Shown: positions 11,601-20,364 of the stretch, in pieces | Position numbering within the stretch: the first letter of the stretch is position 1 | Layout of the letters: each line of letters begins with the position of its first letter | Assembly (NCBI GenBank): GCA_031414955.1 | Contig: JANOQV010000217.1 | Span: forward strand, 1 to 54,818 | Direction of reading: 5' to 3' | Origin: Pedosphaera sp. | GTDB taxonomy: Bacteria > Verrucomicrobiota > Verrucomicrobiia > Limisphaerales > SIBH01 | DNA: 54,818 nucleotides | Translations under genes and position numbers: made by a program | Notes under the pieces: generated by a model | Databases searched by the model: none | Seen by the model: only the letters and a program-made list of their open reading frames with translations | Told to the model about the DNA's origin: nothing

Positions 11601-12285
11601 CTTGGAGAAGTGCCGTGACTTCGAGCACCACGGCCAGCGCGTGCTGGCCAGCCGGCTGGGCTGGCGCATCACGGCGCGGTTCGCGCGCACCTTCTTCGGG
11701 CGCATGTTCAACCATCCCGACCGCATCTTCACCGACGCGATGCTCAAGCCCGAGACGCAGAGCCTCGAACTGTTCGCCGACGGCATGGCCAACATCGTCG
11801 AGACCCAAGGCAGTGTGGCGCAGCACTACTTCGACGACGGGAGCATCGAGATGGCCTGCCCTCCGCTCCGGGCGCTCCTGCACATCATGGCCCGCGGTGA
11901 GTTTGAGGGGCGCGACTTGCAGAGCGTGAAGGTCCGGCATCTTTTCACGCGGGAGAACATGCTGGTGAGCGCCTGGTACGGCGAGCGTCTCCGGGCCAAG
12001 CAGGCCGTCGATACCAAGCTCTGGCAGCGGCACGTTTCATATCTGACCAAGTTCGTGACCAAGCCGAACTACGCGGACGAGGTCGCGCGCCTCGGCGTGG
12101 AGGACCGTTTGCACAAGGCCCGCCGGGAGCTGAAGCGCGTCACCGCACCAGAGTATCCCGACGAGTTGCGCGGCACACTGGGCGTGAATCCGTTGTCCCA
12201 AGCCATCCACCTGGGCGGACCGCCGCAAGCAGTGAACGCGGCGGCACGTACCGAGTCTGAAACAATCGCCGCCGCCGACGTATGA
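8611..12285 (+). CDS. Pyrophosphate-dependent PEP carboxykinase (PPi-PEPCK family)
   Basis: About 1200 aa; HNPKSDRRTT.GVFH, ADNYFGYCKKEVKTQIS, EEEHAGGA, CHKPCTVSGGGKSEISK, GKSPSTTGAGSEGALTKGPFN, recognised from memory of this family. Confidence 0.85.
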   Translation: MMMSSIRAIPDSEKKLWQYINLKLAALGCPTAKAAADAEFQELVSALLQHQRETERLLANYLCPADWRIQSFLDDYLYETGLSPKLPWRTFVLDRPGVARALSLPPDADMFTSDILTSYRVKQGVLHNPKSDRRTTEGVFHVTEGGLPIPDDKRAVPKRTFAELLAKALTPPDELSRLPFTSTQENEARCFVSLLLRPLVVPSVPGFIPEKRMETRFFAPGNLVSNLDFVETIFGNGGDPFLPENDAGLDVEHWSGHTGCVILAPHLIRVKKRDVGLPKWDDATERQRRDGMCWKNEDDLYNGGSAFKITARDERGVVVTIIADNYFGYCKKEVKTQISYAANLFGLAEEEHAGGALVFPSYDLGEEMIGRKHMPRLDYSFEEVVKLYGEMMDVQFDGYGIDKKNPDVIYVSEHVQFNLREQKVSWPVARATPSPPSEGGEGRGEEGRERSAVDGAPPLPGPLPRSAGERESDARQPAAGTTSSGEMRSMKLLPGKVYVRPSGYKVHMERIPGSKNWRLVGTVGEGVFCHKPCTVSGGGKSEISKSISDSILQGPVFVTDFKKDFDAVEALLKRDYAQRFKDATRNKKKDSRSILSPERSIGSVIKLLTPASREYSAEYNAWLRGIPQHVKELVFVVKRFYKPEWSDDWRSHFSVDVINGVPGNELKFESRKLVASYVRVGYEPDGSWRTFGLRSDFHPAAKIQMEDDITASVVVPAEKLSGLNPLYKNPAFKFSENCELKLFQRPDDAIHRGYDKQAELDFSRTGNFFSNYEPLKLETAKEMLEDVISFSQYTEPVQRLIREFVEKGDANYLVATSHPRVIDGKPTKNPRYLQPRPDLLEPRDSYVADVSMRFQRRVPYGQPVRKPVNVVVPGRRNNPPEPKIRSLAVFNPIHYLELPELFMECICSLTGKSPSTTGAGSEGALTKGPFNCLPPILDLNDALVSYLLTNDHAFVTAAGYVGPHARVDHDVSLLVPEILARMTVEERDAKFLIENQYLEKCRDFEHHGQRVLASRLGWRITARFARTFFGRMFNHPDRIFTDAMLKPETQSLELFADGMANIVETQGSVAQHYFDDGSIEMACPPLRALLHIMARGEFEGRDLQSVKVRHLFTRENMLVSAWYGERLRAKQAVDTKLWQRHVSYLTKFVTKPNYADEVARLGVEDRLHKARRELKRVTAPEYPDELRGTLGVNPLSQAIHLGGPPQAVNAAARTESETIAAADV
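9904..10024. repeat. CCCTCTCC...GGAGAGGG palindromic element inserted in frame in the PEPCK gene
   Basis: Perfect 19-bp inverted repeat 9928-9946/9982-10000 plus outer ACTCCCTCTCC/GGAGAGGGAGT arms. Confidence 0.85.
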
Positions 12286-12572
12286 ATACACTGGAAGGCC
12301 AGACAGCCCTGACCACCTGACCACCGGCGCAAGCAAGGGATGGGGAATGGCCATGTCGGTCGCGATGGCCCAGTGGCAGAACGGGCGGAATCTGGCGCGC
12401 GGCAACAAGTGGTCCCACGCAGGAGCGGCGCAACATACTGGCAATACTTCCGCCCGTTTCCGCTTCCCGAGCCGCCCGAGTTCCCACCGCGCCAACCCTC
12501 CCCTCCCCTCCGCACCCGGCGCGCTCCGAAAGACGGGTTGAAAGGCCGCCCACTTCTTGCGATGACAGCCGC

Positions 12573-13616
12573 ATGAATTCCCACTGCACGCTGTTCCCGA
12601 GACCGGACGCTGTGTCCGAACAACTGCTCACCCGCCGTGACGCCTTGAAAAGCGCCGCGCTCTTGGCCGCCACCGCTGCGCTGGCGGCCCGGCCAGCGAT
12701 GGCTGCGGAACAGCTGCGGCCGGATGCGCGCCGTGGTTCGCCCAAGCGTTACAATGTGAAGAAGTCCATCAACCTCTGGGCCTTCCCGTATCCGCAGCGG
12801 ATGAACTTGGAGGAATGCCTGCGCCTCGCGAAGGACGCCGGCTTCGACGGCATCGAGTTGAATTACGATTTGGACAACGACCTCTCGCCGAAGGCGGGGA
12901 CGAAGGAGTTTCAAAACATCCGCAAGCTGGCGGACAAGATTGGCATCCAAATCAGCGGACTGTGCTCTTTCCTGTTCTGGCCCTATCCGCTCACGAGCAA
13001 CGATCCGGAGAAACGCGCCCGCGGCCTTGCACTCGCCGGTAAGATCGCGCAAGCCGCGCATGACCTCGGCGTGGAGAACGTGCTCGTGGTGCCTGGTGCC
13101 GTGCATATTCCGTGGCGCACGGATCACGAGCCAGTGCCGAACGACGTCTGTGATCAGCGGGCTAGGGAGGCGGTGCGCGCCTTGGAGAAGCAGGCCGCGA
13201 AGCTGAAAGTCTCGCTCAACATCGAAAACATCTTCTTCAACGGCTACCTGATGACGCCCATGGAGATGAACCAGTTCGTGGACAGCTTTCAGAGCGAGCA
13301 TGTGCGCGTCCACTTCGACACGGGCAACATCTCGATGTTCCAGTTCGCCGAGCACTGGGTGCCGGTCCTCGGCAAACGAACGAAGAACATTCACTTCAAG
13401 GAGTTCACCAAGAAGGGCACGGACTATTCGCTGGAGACCTTCCGCCCGTTGCTCGACGGCACCACGGACTGGCCCGCCGTGATGGACGGGCTGGAGAAGG
13501 TCGGCTATCGCGGCTACGTGACGTTCGAGTATTTCCATCCGTATCCGCACTATCCCGAGGCCCTGATTTATCAAACGAGCGATTCGTTGGACCGGATTCT
13601 GGGACGCAAGGCATGA
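12573..13616 (+). CDS. Tat-exported sugar phosphate isomerase/epimerase (xylose isomerase-like TIM barrel)
   Basis: TRRDALK twin-arginine leader; AGFDGIEL, IEN, HFDTGN, IHFKE, GYVTFE; start uncertain. Confidence 0.85.
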   Translation: MNSHCTLFPRPDAVSEQLLTRRDALKSAALLAATAALAARPAMAAEQLRPDARRGSPKRYNVKKSINLWAFPYPQRMNLEECLRLAKDAGFDGIELNYDLDNDLSPKAGTKEFQNIRKLADKIGIQISGLCSFLFWPYPLTSNDPEKRARGLALAGKIAQAAHDLGVENVLVVPGAVHIPWRTDHEPVPNDVCDQRAREAVRALEKQAAKLKVSLNIENIFFNGYLMTPMEMNQFVDSFQSEHVRVHFDTGNISMFQFAEHWVPVLGKRTKNIHFKEFTKKGTDYSLETFRPLLDGTTDWPAVMDGLEKVGYRGYVTFEYFHPYPHYPEALIYQTSDSLDRILGRKA

Positions 13617-13846
13617 GCGACCGATCCGCACCCCAGATCAAGTGCCCCACTTGCAAAAAAGCCGGGGACTGGCTGGCCAGGCCCTTCGGGCCGTTTTGCT
13701 CGCAGCGCTGCAAGCTGGTCGATCTGGGCAAGTGGTTCAGTGAGGAGCATGTGGTTTCGGAGCCTCTGCGGCCCGAGCATTTCGAACCATTTGAGGAATT
13801 GCCGCCCGGCAAACACCTCGACGATCCGGAACGAGAGGACAACTGA
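13613..13846 (+). CDS. yacG: DNA gyrase inhibitor YacG
   Basis: CPTCKK...PFCSQRCKLVDLGKWFSE zinc finger. Confidence 0.92.
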   Translation: MSDRSAPQIKCPTCKKAGDWLARPFGPFCSQRCKLVDLGKWFSEEHVVSEPLRPEHFEPFEELPPGKHLDDPEREDN

Positions 13847-14261
13847 GACGGGCTCGGGAGAGGGCTGGGCAACGCCTTGCTTCCAGCCATCAATTCACCA
13901 GACGCGGTGACTTGGTTTGCGATCGACTTCTCCATTTCCAAGGGACTTTTCTCTCGAGCGGCCCGGGCATTGGAGTTGGCACCCCCGTCCGGCCTCCGGG
14001 TGAGTGACTGGGTTTTCAGAACCAGTTTTGAACCATGTTTAGGGAGGAATTTTGAGCGCGCCGCAAACCCCGCCCACGAACAGCACCGCGAGGGTGAACC
14101 AAACTCCTCTCACCCGAATTACTCGATTTCAACCTATCCGCCCCCTATCGCAGCTCGGAGAAAGTCAGGTGCCTGGTCACAAAAGTCCGCCGGCAGGTCA
14201 ATCCCGGCATCCCCTTCACCTTTGCCCACGCTTGGCCGATACATGAGCACGAACGCAGGAC

Positions 14262-14684
14262 ATGAAGAAAATTTTAATCATTGAGGACGACCCGGTGGCA
14301 GCTCTGGCCTTGCAGCGCCTGCTCGAAGCACACGGTTACGAGGTCGAGACGGCCTCGAACGGGGCCAAGGGTCTCGACCGGCTTCTGGCCTTTGAACCGG
14401 ACGCTGTGCTGCTCGATTTGCTCATGCCCACGCTCGGCGGGTTCGTCGTGCTCAAGACCATCCGTGGCGACCGGCCTTCCTGCCAGTTGCCCGTGCTCGT
14501 CCTGACCAGCAACTGCAGCCCGGAATTTCAGGCCAAGGCCCTGGCCGCCGGGGCCAATCATGTCCTCGACAAATCCAAGGTGAAACCAGCCGAAATTATT
14601 TCCCTGCTGCAGTTTGAAATGGGTGCGGCCCCCACCAATCGCATCTCGGAGCTGGGCGCAGCGCGCAAGAGCCGTCGGTTCTAA
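14262..14684 (+). CDS. Single-domain response regulator
   Basis: ILIIEDD, LLDLLMP, VLVLT and the conserved Lys of a receiver domain. Confidence 0.9.
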   Translation: MKKILIIEDDPVAALALQRLLEAHGYEVETASNGAKGLDRLLAFEPDAVLLDLLMPTLGGFVVLKTIRGDRPSCQLPVLVLTSNCSPEFQAKALAAGANHVLDKSKVKPAEIISLLQFEMGAAPTNRISELGAARKSRRF

Positions 14685-14742
14685 ATTGGCCCCGGACGGT
14701 GACGGGAGGAGACCCCTTCGCGCCGCCCGCCCGCTCCCAGGC

Positions 14743-15018
14743 TCACCCGCCCGCGAAGGCCGGCACGATGCTGATCTCGTCACCATCTTTGAGCGGAGTG
14801 TTCTCGCCTTGAAGGAAACGGATGTCCTCGTCGTTCACGAAGACCAGCACCGAACCGCGGATGTGACCTGACTTGTCCGTGAGGCGATCCCGGATGCCAT
14901 TGAATCGCGCGTGCAGAGCGTCGATGGCACCGGCCACGGTTAAGGCCTGCACATCGACGACTTCCTGCTCATGGGTAAGTCGGCGCAGGGTGAGCGGAAT
15001 GCGTACCTGGACGGACAT
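14743..15018 (-). CDS. MoaD/ThiS-family ubiquitin-like sulfur carrier
   Basis: VRIP.TLR, VFVNDEDIRFLQG, C-terminal PAFAGG; starts immediately after the ThrC-like stop. Confidence 0.92.
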   Translation of the reverse strand: MSVQVRIPLTLRRLTHEQEVVDVQALTVAGAIDALHARFNGIRDRLTDKSGHIRGSVLVFVNDEDIRFLQGENTPLKDGDEISIVPAFAGG

Positions 15019-15019
15019 G

Positions 15020-16276
15020 TCAGGCGGATACGCCGGTTTCCTCGGCGGAAAGAAGCGTCTCGAACTCGCGCAGACTGGGCTTGATCTCTCGCGGTTCACC
15101 CACATGGCCCACCACGGCGTCGAGAGTCTTGAGTCCGTGGCCGGTGATGCAGAGCACGGCGGAATCGGCGGCGGGAATTTTCCCGGCGGCGATCAGTTTC
15201 TTGGCCACGCCCACGGTTACGCCGCCGGCGGTCTCGGCAAAGATGCCTTCACACTCGGCGAGCAGCCGGATGCCCTCGCGAATCTCCTCGTCGCTCACAT
15301 CGTCGGAGGCGGCACCGGTTTCCTTCATCACCTTGAGCGCGTAAAAACCATCGGCGGGCGTGCCGATGGCGAGCGACTTGGCGATGGTGTTCGGCTTCAC
15401 GGGCTTGAAGAAATCCAAGCCGGCCTTTTGTGCGCTCGAGATCGGAGCGCAACCGGTGGCTTGCGCACCGTGAACCTTGTACGGCGTCTCGGTGACAAGG
15501 CCGAGCTTGGCGAACTCTTGATAGGATTTCTGAATCTTCGTCAGCAGCGAACCGGAAGCCATCGGCACCACGGTGTGTTGCGGGATGCGCCAGCCCAATT
15601 GCTCGGCGATCTCAAAGCCCATGCTCTTGGAGCCTTCGGCGTAATAGGGGCGCATGTTTACGTTCACAAAGGCCCAGCCGTACTTGCCGGCGATTTCCGC
15701 GCAGAGGCGGTTCACCTCGTCGTAGTGGCCGCGAATGGCGATGACATTGGCACCGTAGACAAGCGAGTTGACGATCTTGCCCTGCTCCAGGTCAGCCGGG
15801 ATGAAGACGTAAGATTTCAATCCCGCCGCCGCCGCGTTGGCCGCGACGGAATTGGCGAGGTTGCCGGTGGAAGCACAGGCTACGATGCTGAAACCCAGTT
15901 CCTTGGCCCGGCTCAAGGCCACGCTCACCACCCGGTCTTTGAAGGAGAGCGTCGGGTAATTCACGGTGTCGTTCTTGATCCAAAGCTCGCGGATGCCGAG
16001 GCGTTCAGCGAGGCGCGGGGCCTTGACCAGCGGCGTGTAGCCGACCTGGACGCCGACGGTGGGATCGCCCGCCACCGGCAGCAATTCACGGTAGCGCCAC
16101 ATGGTCTGGGGGCGGGACTGGATGACCGCGCGCGTCATGGACCTCTTGATCCGATCGTAATCGTAGGCGACTTCGAGCGGGCCGAAATCGAACTCACAAA
16201 CGTGCGTGGCCGTAAGCGGGTATTCGCGTCCGCATTCGCGGCACTTGAGCGCCTTCATGAAACCGTGCTTTTCCAT
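15020..16276 (-). CDS. thrC: Threonine-synthase-like PLP enzyme (fold type II)
   Basis: N-terminal CRECG..C, NYPTLSFKDR (PLP Lys), CASTGNLANS, YYAEGSK, IFAETAGG, ITGHGLKT; the true substrate may differ from ThrC. Confidence 0.85.
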   Translation of the reverse strand: MEKHGFMKALKCRECGREYPLTATHVCEFDFGPLEVAYDYDRIKRSMTRAVIQSRPQTMWRYRELLPVAGDPTVGVQVGYTPLVKAPRLAERLGIRELWIKNDTVNYPTLSFKDRVVSVALSRAKELGFSIVACASTGNLANSVAANAAAAGLKSYVFIPADLEQGKIVNSLVYGANVIAIRGHYDEVNRLCAEIAGKYGWAFVNVNMRPYYAEGSKSMGFEIAEQLGWRIPQHTVVPMASGSLLTKIQKSYQEFAKLGLVTETPYKVHGAQATGCAPISSAQKAGLDFFKPVKPNTIAKSLAIGTPADGFYALKVMKETGAASDDVSDEEIREGIRLLAECEGIFAETAGGVTVGVAKKLIAAGKIPAADSAVLCITGHGLKTLDAVVGHVGEPREIKPSLREFETLLSAEETGVSA

Positions 16277-16333
16277 AATCTTTTCTGCGTCCTGCCGGCC
16301 GGACCGGCGATTTCACTCTCAATTCGGGGCAAC

Positions 16334-16364
16334 AAAAAACCCCTGCTCATCGACTGAGAAGAGG
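16334..16364 (-). terminator. Intrinsic terminator of the riboswitch expression platform
   Basis: Minus strand CCTCTTCTCA-gtcga-TGAGCAGGGG followed by TTTTTT. Confidence 0.75.
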
Positions 16365-16387
16365 TGCGGAACTGTGGCGGCGCTCTC

Positions 16388-16504
16388 CTCATCTTTTCCC
16401 GGAGCACTCGCTCCGAGCTGGATTTGGCACCTGACGCAGGAGCTGCGTGCTCCGACCGGTTGCCGTGGCTTCACAGGGCCAGTCCCTCTGCCACTCACGA
16501 TGAG
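16388..16504 (-). ncRNA. SAM-I (S-box) riboswitch
   Basis: Minus strand CTCATC-GTGAGTGGCAGAGGGACTGGCCCTGTGAAGCCACGGCAACC...GGTGCCAAATCCAG...AAGATGAG matches the SAM-I core; P1 is CTCATC/GATGAG. Confidence 0.93.
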
Positions 16505-16661
16505 TTCGTTTATATCAACGAATGCGGATAGGATGATGATAGCTTTTACGAGTGTCAAACGGTTTTTCGCAGAGATGTTTTTCTCGGGTGCCCCAGGTGC
16601 AACCCTCCTCCAAGTTCCGGCTCGCCAAGCTCCGCGAAACTGCGAACCATGCCGTGATTTC

Positions 16662-18398
16662 ATGAGCAGCCCTTCAACCATTCTCCACGGCCGGAGTTCC
16701 AAGCGACTGACCGGGTTGCGAGCGGGGGCGGCGCGTCTCGCTTTTGTTTATCTGGTTTTCGCCACCGCGTGGATCGCCACTCTGCATACGCTCCTGCCCC
16801 GGCTCGTGGATCAGACCCGAGCGCGCAGTCTCGAGCCGATCGAGGACGGAGCCTTTGCGATCTGCACCGGCCTGGTCATTTACTGGCTGGTCAAACGCTT
16901 CAACCGGGAACGTGCGATCGTCGAGCAGGCGCTGCGTCGCAACGAGCGCCGCTACCGTTCGTTGGTGCTGGCCACGGCCCAGGTCACCTGGACGAGCGCG
17001 GCCAACGGCGAGGTGGTGGATCCGCTCCCAACTTGGGAGGCCTTCAGTGGCCAGCAGTTTTCACAGTACCGGGGACTGGGCTGGCAGGAAGCCATTCATC
17101 CCCAGGATCGCGCTGCGATCAGCGAGCGCTGGCGCAAGGCCGTGAACCGGGAGTCGCGTCCACCGAACAACCGCTACTTTGAAATCGAATACCGCGTCCG
17201 CCGCCACGATGGAATTTACCGGCATTTCGTCAACCGCACCGTGCCGGTGTTGAACAACCAAGGAGAGGTGGAGGAATGGGTGGGCGTCTCCTTCGACATT
17301 ACGGAGCAAAAGGCGGCCGAGCAGGAATTGCGGGCCAGTGAGCACCGGTTCCAACTCGTCACCCGCGCCACCACCGACCTTGTGTACGACTGGGACATGG
17401 CCACCGACGCCATCTGGTGGAATGAGAATTTGCACCTCATGTTCGGCTACCGTGGGCAGCCCGAGGAACTCGGCCTCAAGTTCTGGTCCGGGTTGCTCCA
17501 CCCCGAAGATGCCACGCGGGTTCGCACCAGCATGTTTGGCGCGATCGCGGCGGGAAAGGAGTTCTGGGCTGACGAGTACCGCCTCCGACGTTCCGACGGC
17601 TCCTACGCGAACATTCTCGAACGCGGTTACATCCTCCCCGACGCGGCGGGGCGTCCGGCCCGGATGATCGGGGCCATGATGGACATCACCGACCGCAAGC
17701 TGGCCGAGCAAAGGCTGCGCGATTCGCGCGAGCAATTGCGCGCCTTGTCCGCCCACCTGGAGCAAGTGCGGGAGGAGGAGCGCACCCGCATCGCCCGGGA
17801 GATTCATGATGAACTGGGCCAGGCGCTTACGGGCTTGAAGCTGGATCTGAGCTGGTTCGCCGGACGGCTGCCCAACCAGCCCTTACTGGCCGAGAAAAGT
17901 GCCGCCATGCTCAAGCTCATCGACTCCACCGTGAACGCCGTCCGCCGCCTCTCCACTGAGTTGCGCCCGGCCGTGCTCGACAATCTCGGCCTCAGCGCCG
18001 CCATCGAGTGGCTGGCCCAGGAATTCCAGCGGCGCACGGGCGTGAGCTGTGAATTCATCACCCCGGAAGATGACCTCGTGCTGGACAAGGATCGCACCAC
18101 CGCCCTCTTCCGGATCGCCCAGGAAGCGTTGACCAACGTGGCCCGCCACGCCAGGGCCCGTTCCGTGCATATCCTCCTCGAACGCGACGGCACGCAACTC
18201 CTCCTGCGCATCACAGACGACGGGCGCGGCATCGCGGATCTGGAGCAGCACTCCACCCACTCCTTCGGTTTGCTCGGCATGCGCGAACGCGCGCATCTGC
18301 TCGGCGGAACCTTTGAAATCGCGGGGCGGGCGGGCGAAGGCACGACCTTGACTGTCCAGCTCCCCGCGGACGAAGCCGCGCTGGAGCCCAAGCTTTAG
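16662..18398 (+). CDS. Membrane PAS-domain sensor histidine kinase (HisKA_3)
   Basis: Two TM segments, two PAS/PAC domains (IHPQD, LHPED), EERTRIAREIHDELGQ, QEALTNVARHA, DDGRG, FGLLGMRER; start by eye. Confidence 0.92.
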   Translation: MSSPSTILHGRSSKRLTGLRAGAARLAFVYLVFATAWIATLHTLLPRLVDQTRARSLEPIEDGAFAICTGLVIYWLVKRFNRERAIVEQALRRNERRYRSLVLATAQVTWTSAANGEVVDPLPTWEAFSGQQFSQYRGLGWQEAIHPQDRAAISERWRKAVNRESRPPNNRYFEIEYRVRRHDGIYRHFVNRTVPVLNNQGEVEEWVGVSFDITEQKAAEQELRASEHRFQLVTRATTDLVYDWDMATDAIWWNENLHLMFGYRGQPEELGLKFWSGLLHPEDATRVRTSMFGAIAAGKEFWADEYRLRRSDGSYANILERGYILPDAAGRPARMIGAMMDITDRKLAEQRLRDSREQLRALSAHLEQVREEERTRIAREIHDELGQALTGLKLDLSWFAGRLPNQPLLAEKSAAMLKLIDSTVNAVRRLSTELRPAVLDNLGLSAAIEWLAQEFQRRTGVSCEFITPEDDLVLDKDRTTALFRIAQEALTNVARHARARSVHILLERDGTQLLLRITDDGRGIADLEQHSTHSFGLLGMRERAHLLGGTFEIAGRAGEGTTLTVQLPADEAALEPKL

Positions 18399-18440
18399 CT
18401 TGCCGTCAAACCTCCGGCAGCGTGAAAGTCCAAACAGATC

Positions 18441-19070
18441 ATGAAAATCCTGATTACTGACGACCATGCGGTGCTTCGTCGCGGGCTGAGGCAAATCCTC
18501 GAGGATGGCTTTGGTAAAATCCAATTCGGCGAAGCCGCCAATGTTGGGGAGGCTCTCGCCCAGGTGCAAAAATGCGATTGGGATCTGGTCGTGCTCGACA
18601 TCACCATGCCCGGCCGCAGCGGGCTGGACGCGCTCAAGGAAATCAAGTCGCTCAAGCCGGAGACGCGCGTGCTCGTGCTCAGCGTCCACAGCGAGGATCA
18701 GTTCGCGGTGCGCGTGCTCAAGGCGGGCGCAGGCGGTTTTCTCAACAAGGACTCCGCCCCTGAGGAACTGGTCAAGGCCGCGCGCAAGGTGATGAGCGGC
18801 GGCCGCTACGTAAGCAGCACGCTGGCGGAAAAACTGGCCGGCACTTTGGAGCGGAAGCAGACCGAGTTTCCCCACCAGCAGTTGTCGGATCGCGAGTTTC
18901 AGGTGCTGCGCATGATCGCCTCGGGCAAGACCGTGAGCGAAATCGGAGTTGAGCTGACTCTCAGTGTGAAGACGATCAGCACTTATCGCACGCGCATCCT
19001 CGACAAGATGAGCCTGAACACCAACGCCGAGATCACTCGCTACTGTTTCGAGAACAAGCTGGTGGAGTAA
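18441..19070 (+). CDS. NarL/LuxR-family response regulator
   Basis: ITDDHAVLRRGL, LDITMPG, LSDREFQVL...KTISTYRTRILDK. Confidence 0.95.
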   Translation: MKILITDDHAVLRRGLRQILEDGFGKIQFGEAANVGEALAQVQKCDWDLVVLDITMPGRSGLDALKEIKSLKPETRVLVLSVHSEDQFAVRVLKAGAGGFLNKDSAPEELVKAARKVMSGGRYVSSTLAEKLAGTLERKQTEFPHQQLSDREFQVLRMIASGKTVSEIGVELTLSVKTISTYRTRILDKMSLNTNAEITRYCFENKLVE

Positions 19071-19139
19071 GGGGCCGCCGGCTCCGGCCGGTTGGGCCAC
19101 AAGGCAAGGTGGATTTTCAGGCCCGTCCCCGGCCAAGCG

Positions 19140-20222
19140 TCACCGCGCGATCCAGCCGCCGCCCAGCACCACCTCGTCCTGATAGAAGACGCTGGCTTGC
19201 CCGGGCGTGATGGCGCGCTGCGAGACGTCCAACTTGATGTGCGCCGCCCCGCCAGCCTGCGGAGTGATGGTCGCCATCGTGCCGGGATGGTTGTAACGAA
19301 TCTTCACCAGCGCACGGATCGTCGCCGGGGGTGTCTCGAACGGAATCCAGTTGCAGCGCTCCACGGTGAATTCATCGCGGTCGAGCTGCGTGTCGTCGCC
19401 CACGATCACGCGGTTGCGGGCCACATCCAGCTCGATGACGTAGAGCGGCGTCGGGTGGGAAAGCCCCAACCCCTTGCGCTGCCCGATCGTGTAGAACTCG
19501 ATGCCGTCGTGCTTGCCCAGCACGCGGCCATGCACATCGACGATGTCGCCGGCGTGGCGGGCCACCAGCTTTGACTGTTCGAGAAACTTCCCGTAGTCGC
19601 GATCCGGGACGAAGCAAATCTCCATGCTCTCCTCCTTATCGGCCGTCTTGAGTTCGCACTCCCGGGCCACGGCGCGGGTCTCACTCTTCAACATTTCGCC
19701 GAGCGGGAAAAGGGTGTGCGCGAGCTGCTCCTGCTTGAGCGAGAAAAGGAAATAGCTCTGGTCCTTGCGCGGATCCTTGCCGCGCTTGAGCAGCGTGCGG
19801 CCGGTCTCGCGGCACTTCTCAGTGCGCGCGAAGTGGCCGGTGGCGATGAGCGAGGCACCAAGCTTTTTCGCCCGCGAGATGAGGGTGCCGAACTTGAGCT
19901 TCTCGTTGCACATCACGCAGGGATTGGGCGTGCGTCCGGCCCGGTATTCCTCGGCGAAGTAATTGATGACCTGCTGCTGGAACTCCGCCGCCTCATCCAC
20001 CAGGTAGTAGGGAATGTTGAGCTTGTGCGACACGGCCCGCGCGTCGGTCACCGCCTGGGGACCACAGCACTTGTCCTCGGCGCGGTTCACGCAATCCTGC
20101 GGCCAGAGTTTGAGCGTGAGACCGATCACGTCGTAACCCTGTTCGAGCAACAACGCCGCCGCCGCCGAGGAATCCACTCCTCCGCTCATGCCCACCACCA
20201 CTCGTGTCTTCTGCTGCTCCAT
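19140..20222 (-). CDS. mnmA: tRNA 2-thiouridine(34) synthase
   Basis: GMSGGVDSS, TPNPCVMCN, ATGHFA, KDQSYFL, ESMEICF, YTIGQRKGL, ITPGQ. Confidence 0.96.
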   Translation of the reverse strand: MEQQKTRVVVGMSGGVDSSAAAALLLEQGYDVIGLTLKLWPQDCVNRAEDKCCGPQAVTDARAVSHKLNIPYYLVDEAAEFQQQVINYFAEEYRAGRTPNPCVMCNEKLKFGTLISRAKKLGASLIATGHFARTEKCRETGRTLLKRGKDPRKDQSYFLFSLKQEQLAHTLFPLGEMLKSETRAVARECELKTADKEESMEICFVPDRDYGKFLEQSKLVARHAGDIVDVHGRVLGKHDGIEFYTIGQRKGLGLSHPTPLYVIELDVARNRVIVGDDTQLDRDEFTVERCNWIPFETPPATIRALVKIRYNHPGTMATITPQAGGAAHIKLDVSQRAITPGQASVFYQDEVVLGGGWIAR

Positions 20223-20364
20223 CGCGAGCGCGGAGCATAGCCGTGGAGAGGTCGCGCGCCAAACAACAAAACCAGGGTGGAGCCTCGGCGGGCGCACCTT
20301 CAAGACGCGCCGACTGTTCGATGAATGCTTCCCCGCCCCATATTCACACCGTAACGTCGCGGCC

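Noticed and set aside
16206..16661. N-terminal extension of the histidine kinase in the ORF track
   Set aside because: It overlaps the start of the thrC-like gene and the antisense riboswitch, so a later start is more plausible. Similar over-extended starts were trimmed for mnmA, chrA, lpxI and the 48229 ORF.
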